This document shows, piece by piece, positions 19,701 through 27,191 of a stretch of 57,734 bases of DNA. The stretch covers positions 1 through 57,734 of the forward strand of contig CAYUCH010000004.1 in the NCBI GenBank assembly GCA_964443295.1, given 5' to 3'. The translations under genes were made by a program, and so were the position numbers. The stretch is from an uncultured Desulfobulbia bacterium. GTDB lineage: Bacteria; Desulfobacterota; Desulfobulbia; Desulfobulbales; CG2-30-60-27. Below the pieces are notes generated by a model. It did no database searches, was not told the origin of the DNA, and was given only the letters and a program-made list of their open reading frames with translations. Each line of letters begins with the position of its first letter. The stretch's first letter is position 1.

Positions 19701-21269
19701 TTACTTAAAAAATACATTCCATTCTTCCATGTTGGCGCATTTATTGGGCAGGGTTACGGTGTAATTAGCGAGCTCATCGTTCCAGAATTCACCCTGAAAT
19801 TCATAAGAGACCTTGCCTACCATGCTGGACTCTTTTTCTTCCTCATTAAAGGAATAATGGAATTGCTGTATCCGTTCGCTGATATCCAGGTTGACTTCAT
19901 ATTCCAGGAGATAGGTCTCTTCTTCATATTTCAAAAGCTCGTCTGCCATGGTTTCATAGGCTGTATCAATAAACTCCCGGAGTGACTTCCGACTCTCGTG
20001 AATCTGCATTTCATAAATAGCCAGCAGATATTTATAGAGGGTGCGATGCTGGTCTCGAAAAATCTGGGTATGCTCTTTCTCTTCTTCCAGCAGGTTCAAG
20101 AACTCCCAGACCTGCCTGATCTTCTTGCGCCCCAGCATGACTGTGAGCAAACGGTGATTTTCAATGGGTTTCTTGCGTTGATAGATCTTCTGCAACGTGT
20201 CGCCATAATACTCCTTGAACTCATCAACCACGGCCAAAGCAGATTGATAATGGCAGACATTTTTAAAGATAAAGGATTTGAGGATGAAATATTCCGGTGA
20301 AAAATAATTCTCAAAACTTGGTGCCTTAAAAGCATAGAGCAATCCCATAGCCCGCTCAGCATTGCCCAGGCGATAATGCACCCAGGCTCTCTCCATGAGA
20401 TTACCGGCCTGGTCGACAATATTCTTTTTAACCTGGGTGTAGAGAAGATCAGCTTCTTTATACTCGCCTTTTTCATAGAGCAGACGGGCCAGGGTCTGTC
20501 GGGTCTCATCACGGAGATCATCGGCCTCCTCAGCCTCAAGAAGAATCTTTTTCAAAAGCAGGATGGCATCATCAATCTGCCCTTCATGGACCCGATAAAG
20601 CGCCTTTCTATAGAGATATTTATAATAATAATAGCTCTCCGGTGTGATGGCCTGGAAATGACTGGTTCCCCATTGATAAAAGCCCCGGGACCAGTCAAAT
20701 TCTCCCTGGTAGTAATTAATAAAGTCATTGAGGTCATCATCCAGAAAACCATATTCATGATCAACCAGAACCTGATCAATGAGAGTATCCCTCTCATGGG
20801 GCATGGTGCGGACAATGACCTCAAAGAGCTCCAGAATAAATGCAACAATCTTCTCATTGGGCTTTCTGGTTACCACGCCGGCCAGAATGTCTGCCGCGGC
20901 ATGGGAGAATCCCAGTTTACTTACCGATATTCCAAAGAAAAATTCAGCCCACTCATAATTCTCATCATCAGTAGTTTTATTCATAAGCAGATTATGGAAA
21001 TAGCTGGCCGCCTGCAGATAGTCCTCGTCAATAAAAGCCTGATAGCCTTTATCAAAGGCCTCGGGATCAAAATTACTGACCACCGCCTCAAACTTTTCAT
21101 CTCCTGATTGGGCAATACCGGAGAGTTCTGTATCGGTGGGATCAACAAAATGCACTGTCTTTTCACCTGTCCCATCAGCCATATCAACTGCCGCTAATGC
21201 TTTACTGGACAATGAAAAGCAGACCAGAATGGCCAAGAATATCAAAATTTTATCTACTTTCAGTTTCAT
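19701..21269 (-). CDS. TPR protein, GltC-like
   Basis: Signal peptide; ERAWVHY…AMGLL…F..YF.PE..ILK..I….C.Y; C-terminal YEFQGEFWNDEL.NY.V.L.NKC, which I recognise as a GltC-family ending. Confidence 0.8.
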   Translation of the reverse strand: MKLKVDKILIFLAILVCFSLSSKALAAVDMADGTGEKTVHFVDPTDTELSGIAQSGDEKFEAVVSNFDPEAFDKGYQAFIDEDYLQAASYFHNLLMNKTTDDENYEWAEFFFGISVSKLGFSHAAADILAGVVTRKPNEKIVAFILELFEVIVRTMPHERDTLIDQVLVDHEYGFLDDDLNDFINYYQGEFDWSRGFYQWGTSHFQAITPESYYYYKYLYRKALYRVHEGQIDDAILLLKKILLEAEEADDLRDETRQTLARLLYEKGEYKEADLLYTQVKKNIVDQAGNLMERAWVHYRLGNAERAMGLLYAFKAPSFENYFSPEYFILKSFIFKNVCHYQSALAVVDEFKEYYGDTLQKIYQRKKPIENHRLLTVMLGRKKIRQVWEFLNLLEEEKEHTQIFRDQHRTLYKYLLAIYEMQIHESRKSLREFIDTAYETMADELLKYEEETYLLEYEVNLDISERIQQFHYSFNEEEKESSMVGKVSYEFQGEFWNDELANYTVTLPNKCANMEEWNVFFK

Positions 21270-21315
21270 AAAAATGTGCCATACGCTCGAAACGTTTTTA
21301 ATATCAACTCACTGC

Positions 21316-21445
21316 AACTATTCAGATGTGCGTCAGATGTGTTCAAGCAGGCCAAGCGTCTATACATAGCCGTTATGGTGGTTGGCCTGATCGGACGCAG
21401 GTAAGCGAGCTTGCGAGACTCCGGATGATGTGCAGCTGAATAGTT
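21316..21445. repeat. Long imperfect palindromic intergenic element with a nested 24-nt insert
   Basis: Arms AACTATTCAGATGTGCGTCA / TGATGTGCAGCTGAATAGTT and inner CAGGCCAA / TTGGCCTG. Confidence 0.7.
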
Positions 21446-22187
21446 AGTCATTTTGCTCCAGATAACGCCCTAAGGACTCGATAGCTTCGGCATTTCGTGA
21501 TTTCCGGGGGGAGAGATTGAACCGGTAGCCAAGGCTGACGCCGAACCAGAAATGATTGGTGGTTTCACCGTCTGAAAAATTGAGCATGTCTCTGATTTCG
21601 AAGTTGAGACAGAACTTCTCATTGAGGAAAACCTTTTTCCCCACGATGACACTTGCTGAAACCGCGGTGCTGGTGTCTGAGGGACCAAAGGTAAAGTCAG
21701 ATTTATAGTTGACCATGCCCACCCCGGCCATCAGGTAGGTTTCATGATTGATAATCGTCTTATTGAGAAAGGCATCCTTGCCATATAATGGGGTGTAAAC
21801 TCCATGAATATGGGCCATGTACTGAATTTTTTTGAACTCTGAAGCGGTGACACCAAAATCATCTTCCAGATCTTTCTTGAGTTGACGGTCCCGGTTATAC
21901 ACGTATCCCCCTCGGACATTGATGCCATAGAGGTCGTTGTAATGATAGGTGTAGCCCATGGATATGGGAAAGGGCTGAAAGAAATCATCATCAGGAATGT
22001 AGCTCAGATCAAAATCAAGCTCGTGATAGCAGTGATACATCTTATCCTGAATTGCTTCGATGCGTGCCTCTTTACCGCCTATCTCTTCAGCAGCCGCAAC
22101 ACTTGCCGACAACAGGACCAAGGCAAGCCCCACCGCTAAACCATAGAAAATTTTCATCTGTATTCTCTCTTGTGCTCCCATTATCAA
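21444..22187 (-). CDS. Outer-membrane beta-barrel protein, GltA/GltB/GltH-like
   Basis: Signal peptide; IEAIQDKMY…HEL; D.FF; YTPLYGK; alternating amphipathic strands; position between gltG-like and gltC-like genes. Confidence 0.8.
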   Translation of the reverse strand: MIMGAQERIQMKIFYGLAVGLALVLLSASVAAAEEIGGKEARIEAIQDKMYHCYHELDFDLSYIPDDDFFQPFPISMGYTYHYNDLYGINVRGGYVYNRDRQLKKDLEDDFGVTASEFKKIQYMAHIHGVYTPLYGKDAFLNKTIINHETYLMAGVGMVNYKSDFTFGPSDTSTAVSASVIVGKKVFLNEKFCLNFEIRDMLNFSDGETTNHFWFGVSLGYRFNLSPRKSRNAEAIESLGRYLEQND

Positions 22188-22201
22188 CCAACCTCCACGG
22201 G

Positions 22202-24547
22202 TTAAAACCCGACGATATCAAAAATGAATGGGTAAGATACAACTACCGATTCGGTGCCCTCAGGTTCCGGGAATCTCCAGGACTTGATGGATTTTTTTAC
22301 ACAACGTGTAATGGAACTGGAATTAAGGGTGGAGCTTTTGATGGGAATCTCACCCACCCGACCGTCACTCTTAATTTTCCACTCAAGGACCAGCTTGCCC
22401 ATGATGGAAGGATTGTTGATCAAGGCTGATTCGTAGCAGTATTGAATTTCATCAATATGCTGATCAATGACCTTTTTGACATCTTCTCTGGAAATACCAC
22501 CCTTGACCATGACATTACGATCCAGGCTTGCGGTAACCATGGATTGCACCTGACGTTGTCCAGTGCCTGCGGTATCAAGAGCAGCGATCTGATCTCCTGA
22601 ACGAAGAACCGTAGCAGAACCTTGTGTATCCACAATGCCGCCGGAACTTGGAAGTTCAACTTTGCTCTCTCCCAGGCTTGCCACAACACCACTGACCTTA
22701 TAACCACCCCGGTCAACATTGGTGTCGGTGGCAACGGCGTCCAAATTGGTTACCGCCGCCATTGCCACGCTGGGCTGTATACTGATACCGCTCTTACCAA
22801 GGATGGCCAACATACCGGTCTGGTTGACATCTTTTTTCACCACATTGCCTTTCTTGGCATTGCCCCCCTTCGGAGTAACTTTACGGGCGGCGACTACTTT
22901 TTTAGGCTGTGCTTTCTTCCGTTTGGCAACCTTTTGCTTCCGCTTGGGATTCTTGATCTTGACGATTTTTTTGATTGGTTTCGGGGCTGTTTTTTTCACT
23001 TCCTTCTTCACAGGTTCTTGCCTCTTGACCACCTTGGGCTGTTCCTGCTTAACGAATTGAGACATGTCCACTTTGACAAATCTGGACTCAGGCAAAGGGA
23101 CCTGTTTAATGGTGGGAAGAGAAAAGAAAAAACCAAGAACCATGAGAAAAACTATATGGAAACTTCCGGACTGTAGAAGATTCTTATGGAAAGTGGATTT
23201 TTCTTTTGGTGGAAGAGAAATTTCAGGACAGCGCAATCGAACGCTGGGCCGAATACGATAATCAAAACTTCCATCGGAAAGTCGTATTTCCATGTCCCTT
23301 GACAGTTGATTACGGTATATTTTCTTCCGTTTGTTCACCAGTGTACTCTGGGATTTTACTGATTCACCACTTTGAGAGCAGCCATCACCACCAGCAGAAA
23401 CAACCATAAAATCATCATTAGAATAGCAATAAAATTTCCCTTTACGATGTTCTGCAAGGCGAAACTTTCGACCATGGTGAAATGCGAAATACTTTTCCCG
23501 CACACCCAAAAATTGAATATCAACAACCGTGTCTTTCCAGGTCTTTACTACCTCTAATACCGGTTCTTCGGTGGTTTCGGACTCGGTCTCAAGGCCGAGA
23601 AAATCCTTCAAATCAAAATCAGCCTCAATATCATCATCGTCTGCCGCTGCCTCAAGATCTTCAGGCAAAAATGGAACCGGCGTTCTAAAAAAATCACCAT
23701 CATCAACATTTGGTTCATTTTCGCAATTGATGAAACCGGTTACTTCTTCATCAGGTGTTTGGCTGTATTCAAATGCTTCACCAAGGCCTATTTCCTCAAT
23801 AATCTCCATAATCACTTCAATAGATTCACCATCTCCGGGAACAGAATCGGACATGAGGAGTTCCAATGGATCCTGCGATACTAACTCTTCATCTGCTTGT
23901 AAGTCTGAATTTGGTTCAGGCGAATTTATTCCCTCATCATTTTGACTGGTGAACTCTGGAGTCACATCAAGGTAGGTATTATCGGAACCAGCTTGGGAAA
24001 AAGGATTAAAAAAGTGAGGATGGATGTCTTCGTTGTTTTCAATAGGCAAGAGAGGCTCTGCCACTGGCTTGAGGTCTATTGATTCTGTTTCTTCAAACGA
24101 AGAGGAATTCTTTTGCAGTTCAACGCGCCCAGCCACCTGAAAATCCGCACCATTTTTTTTATCAGCTAACCTGCTGAATTTTATCTTAACTGAGTAAGGC
24201 CCGATGGACACAAAATCCAAGGGGGCTAGCATACAGGCTTCCACCGGTTGCCCCTTAACCAGGACCTGCTTACCGGCACTGAAATCTTCAACCAGAACTC
24301 CTTCTGCTGAGATGGTAAATAGCGCACAAATGCCATCAATATCCTGATTTTCATTATCTTCGCACGGCAACACCAGGTCCGCCCAGCAGCTGCTCCCCAC
24401 CATGACCCGCTTCTGGGTGAAACAATCCCAGCCAAGATAGGTCTCACCTTTGAAAACATGAAACTTGGCAATAAAGGAATTCCCTCGGGCCTTGGCGTCT
24501 TTTGTATTTTTCTTATCAGTTTCCATATGAATCACCTGTTTAATCAT
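22202..24547 (-). CDS. GltG-like protein: degenerate FHA, acidic linker, single TM, Lys/Pro-rich spacer, TonB-like (AgmX/PglI-type) C-terminal domain
   Basis: TM SGSFHIVFLMVLGFFF with a TonB-like S…H motif; C-terminus IQYCYESAL…GKLVLEWKI..DG.V…C…IKSWRFPEP.G…V.YPFIF. Confidence 0.85.
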   Translation of the reverse strand: MIKQVIHMETDKKNTKDAKARGNSFIAKFHVFKGETYLGWDCFTQKRVMVGSSCWADLVLPCEDNENQDIDGICALFTISAEGVLVEDFSAGKQVLVKGQPVEACMLAPLDFVSIGPYSVKIKFSRLADKKNGADFQVAGRVELQKNSSSFEETESIDLKPVAEPLLPIENNEDIHPHFFNPFSQAGSDNTYLDVTPEFTSQNDEGINSPEPNSDLQADEELVSQDPLELLMSDSVPGDGESIEVIMEIIEEIGLGEAFEYSQTPDEEVTGFINCENEPNVDDGDFFRTPVPFLPEDLEAAADDDDIEADFDLKDFLGLETESETTEEPVLEVVKTWKDTVVDIQFLGVREKYFAFHHGRKFRLAEHRKGKFYCYSNDDFMVVSAGGDGCSQSGESVKSQSTLVNKRKKIYRNQLSRDMEIRLSDGSFDYRIRPSVRLRCPEISLPPKEKSTFHKNLLQSGSFHIVFLMVLGFFFSLPTIKQVPLPESRFVKVDMSQFVKQEQPKVVKRQEPVKKEVKKTAPKPIKKIVKIKNPKRKQKVAKRKKAQPKKVVAARKVTPKGGNAKKGNVVKKDVNQTGMLAILGKSGISIQPSVAMAAVTNLDAVATDTNVDRGGYKVSGVVASLGESKVELPSSGGIVDTQGSATVLRSGDQIAALDTAGTGQRQVQSMVTASLDRNVMVKGGISREDVKKVIDQHIDEIQYCYESALINNPSIMGKLVLEWKIKSDGRVGEIPIKSSTLNSSSITRCVKKSIKSWRFPEPEGTESVVVSYPFIFDIVGF

Positions 24548-24552
24548 GCCCC

Positions 24553-24685
24553 ATTGGTGTTACAGGGTGTTGCAGGTCCGCGAAAGAGGCCTGTTCACAG
24601 GTAAGCGAGCGAGTGAGACTCCGATACTTTGTCGCTATGTGGACAGGCCGATGACAAAGGAGATGCAGCATCCTGTAACACCAAT
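24553..24685. repeat. Long imperfect palindromic intergenic element (family of 11872-11986) with a nested ~24-nt insert
   Basis: Arms ATTGGTGTTACAGGGTGTTGCA / TGCAGCATCCTGTAACACCAAT; inner GGCCTGTTCACA / TGTGGACAGGCC. Confidence 0.8.
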
Positions 24686-25005
24686 TATTGTGCTCCGTTT
24701 TCAACCCGCATATCTAGTATTGTAAAATCCTCCAGGATCTCATCTCTGTAAGATTCTCGAGAATGCAGCATGCTCTTGATATTGCTCTTCTTCCTCTGGA
24801 GAAGATAGACAGCGCCAGACTTGATGGATTGCCCCATGATATATGAATTTCCAAAATCGATTCTGCGCAGTAACGTTGCTGACTCATCTTCCACTTCTTC
24901 TCCCCGCACACAATTGGGGACAAGCATTGTGGTGAAGACAACAAAGAAAAAGAAGGCAACAAAGGTTCGTGAAAAATGAATGTGATATGTCATATCTTTC
25001 CTCAT
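24685..25005 (-). CDS. Small exported protein, GltF/CglF-like
   Basis: Signal-like N-terminus, then IDF…I.GQ..K….YL..RKK..I..ML..R..Y..EI, matching the CglF/GltF pattern as I recall it. Confidence 0.7.
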   Translation of the reverse strand: MRKDMTYHIHFSRTFVAFFFFVVFTTMLVPNCVRGEEVEDESATLLRRIDFGNSYIMGQSIKSGAVYLLQRKKSNIKSMLHSRESYRDEILEDFTILDMRVENGAQ

Positions 25006-25544
25006 TATTTTCGTAAAACTGCAAACTGAAAATTGGGATAACCGGCAAGGCCGGCGATTTTTATAATTGTATTGATAGTTTTGAATGAGATGTTCTTGTC
25101 ACAAAAAAAGAGAATATGATCACTGGACTGTTCTTTCCCGAACACCTTCTCACTTTCTTGAACGCCCTGCATTTCACTCCTTTTCACATCTGCCTGATGG
25201 CGCATGATGTCCAAGCGCCTGAACAGGAGCGAATCTTTTAAATTATCTGATTTCAGCCCATCAAGTTTGCCATTGGTAATGGTTCCCACCACTTCATCCT
25301 CAAGCTTCAACATCTTCTCGGTGAGAATCAGGCTGATATTTTTTTGATAGGCCAATTGGGCAGTGGAATGGGGTAACGACATGCTTTTTTCCAGTGTCAG
25401 ACTTTCAGGACTGTCAGAATAAGAGGTCAAAAGAAAAATCAGGATAATGGTCAACATGTCCATCATCGCAGTGATTTGAACCTTGGGGGGAACAAATTTT
25501 TTTCGTTTCATTCTTCGATCGCCTAAGGCCATTTCACTCTCCAC
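25005..25544 (-). CDS. ExbD/TolR family motor subunit, AglS-like
   Basis: TM QITAMMDMLTIILIFLL (conserved Asp present); LPHS; C-terminal LFFCDKNISF…AG.AGY.NFQFAV. Confidence 0.9.
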   Translation of the reverse strand: MESEMALGDRRMKRKKFVPPKVQITAMMDMLTIILIFLLTSYSDSPESLTLEKSMSLPHSTAQLAYQKNISLILTEKMLKLEDEVVGTITNGKLDGLKSDNLKDSLLFRRLDIMRHQADVKRSEMQGVQESEKVFGKEQSSDHILFFCDKNISFKTINTIIKIAGLAGYPNFQFAVLRK

Positions 25545-25562
25545 TTCAAATTTAGGTGTTTA

Positions 25563-25621
25563 GACTGAAGACTGAAGGCTGAAGCAAAAAACCACTCCCT
25601 TCAGTCTTCGGTCTTCAGTCT
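25563..25621. repeat. Inverted pair of heptamer arrays (GACTGAA)3 / (TTCAGTC)3
   Basis: GACTGAAGACTGAAGGCTGAAG…CTTCAGTCTTCGGTCTTCAGTC between the two exbD-like genes. Confidence 0.75.
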
Positions 25622-26131
25622 TTAAACCTTTCCAGACAGTACTACTTTTGGAAACAACACCTTCTTACCCACATAACGAGCCGCATCCATAGTTTTAATA
25701 ATGGTATCGTAAACCACCTCATCTTTGGGAATAACGATGAGTGTGTCGCTCAATGGATATTTCTTTTTTATTGTTTGTAAGTGCTGAACAAAGAGATTCA
25801 TGGGGTATTCTCCACCCGTCTTTGTATAATTTGCTTCCATGCTACTCACCTCTTTTGGATCAGCTTCTGCTGAAATGCCATAGAGGTAGAGAGAGTTTTC
25901 TTTGATCTCCACAGTAACCAGGATCTTGATTTTCTTGTTCTGCTCATCCGTTGCCTTTTCCACTTCAGTCTGGTTGGCGGAAACCGGCATGGAGGCATTG
26001 ATAGCCTTGACGTGAAAAAATGAGGCGGAAAGCAACATGAAAGGAATGAGAACAAGAAACATGTTCATGATGGGAACCATGTCTACATTGGGTTCTTCAA
26101 TTGTCTTTCGATTTCTTCGTCTCAAGGTCAT
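25622..26131 (-). CDS. ExbD/TolR family motor subunit, AglQ-like (TM Asp replaced by Asn)
   Basis: TM VDMVPIMNMFLVLIPFMLL; C-terminal P.DEVVYDTIIKTMDAAR…LFPKVVLS. Confidence 0.9.
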   Translation of the reverse strand: MTLRRRNRKTIEEPNVDMVPIMNMFLVLIPFMLLSASFFHVKAINASMPVSANQTEVEKATDEQNKKIKILVTVEIKENSLYLYGISAEADPKEVSSMEANYTKTGGEYPMNLFVQHLQTIKKKYPLSDTLIVIPKDEVVYDTIIKTMDAARYVGKKVLFPKVVLSGKV

Positions 26132-26162
26132 TATTTTTTCCTATCTCAACAGAGTGCTTCAA

Positions 26163-26813
26163 TTATCGTGTTGTAAGCATTTCTTCTTGTTGTTGTTGAC
26201 GCTTCAGAGCCGAAAGGATATTCAACATACGCAAGGCTTTTTCCTCAAATTGATCAACAATATAGTCGCCACGATTGGTTAAGAGGTAATAGCCAACCAA
26301 ACAGAGAATGGCGACAGCCAGGCCGAATGCGGTGGTCAACATGGCAATGGAAATACCCTGGGCCAAAAGTTCCTGTTTCATGGCCGCATCGGCATTACTA
26401 ACGCCCTTGAAGGCACCGATTAAACCCATGATGGTTCCCAAAAGGCCCAACAGGGTGGCAATATTGGCAAAAAGAGAAAGATAGTTGACCCGGGCTTTGA
26501 CCGGAGGAATCTCTTTCAAAAGACTTTCTTCCATGGCCAGTTCAATATCACGATCCCGCTTGTCTGATTTCAAAAGGCCAGATTTCAAGATCCTGCCTAG
26601 AGGATGTGATTCAATCTTGCTTGCCTCGGACAATGCCCCGTGATAATTATATTTTTCGAGATTGACCAAGACCTTTTGAAAGGCCTGGTCAGGATCGATT
26701 TTCAATCTGAAATAGAGGAATGTGGCGCGCTCACAAAATATCGCCAAAGCAACGATTGATACGGAAAGAATGACCCACATAAAAGAACCACCATCCTGCA
26801 TGAATTCTAACAA
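26163..26813 (-). CDS. MotA/TolQ/ExbB proton channel protein, AglR-like
   Basis: GG.FMWVIL…ER; ANIATLLGLLGTIMGLI.AF; LA.GISIAMLTTAFGL.VAI. Confidence 0.95.
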   Translation of the reverse strand: MLEFMQDGGSFMWVILSVSIVALAIFCERATFLYFRLKIDPDQAFQKVLVNLEKYNYHGALSEASKIESHPLGRILKSGLLKSDKRDRDIELAMEESLLKEIPPVKARVNYLSLFANIATLLGLLGTIMGLIGAFKGVSNADAAMKQELLAQGISIAMLTTAFGLAVAILCLVGYYLLTNRGDYIVDQFEEKALRMLNILSALKRQQQQEEMLTTR

Positions 26814-26896
26814 TTTCCTACCTCCCTTTCCCTGTGCTTGAATATTCTGCTTCTCGTTTCAATTTATGATTTTCGCATCTCCTACACAGCTAGTTG

Positions 26897-26913
26897 AGCA
26901 CAAACCGTGCCAA
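26897..26913 (-). promoter_or_regulatory. Sigma54 (RpoN) -24/-12 promoter for the agl-glt-mts-like operon
   Basis: Minus strand TTGGCACGGTTTGTGCT, GG-N10-GC, about 85 nt upstream of the ATG, which has a GGGAGG SD. Confidence 0.8.
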
Positions 26914-27191
26914 AGCGAGACAAAATCGGATAACACACTGAAATTAAAAGAAAATTTAAAAATGACTTCTAAGGAGGCAAGCAGGATAGTAAAAAATTTT
27001 GAATATAAATTTTGAAACTTTTTACTATAAATGCCAGCGTGGTATTTCCGCGGTGAAGGAGTGAATCCCAAGGTGTACTAGACAAATAACCAATATTTCT
27101 GCTACCATCAAAATAGCTCTTCATTTAACTATGCTACCTAATGATATCAATTGGTTACACTATTACATATGGTCTTTTCCGTTAACAAAAT

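Noticed and set aside
21266-21451. 61-aa ORF bridging the barrel and gltC-like genes
   Set aside because: It almost entirely coincides with the palindromic element. Translational coupling cannot be excluded, but nothing supports a real protein.
22202-26813. Ordinary TonB-ExbBD uptake or Tol-Pal system
   Set aside because: No TonB-dependent receptor, TolB or Pal is present; the neighbours are GltC/D/F/G-like and Mts-like.
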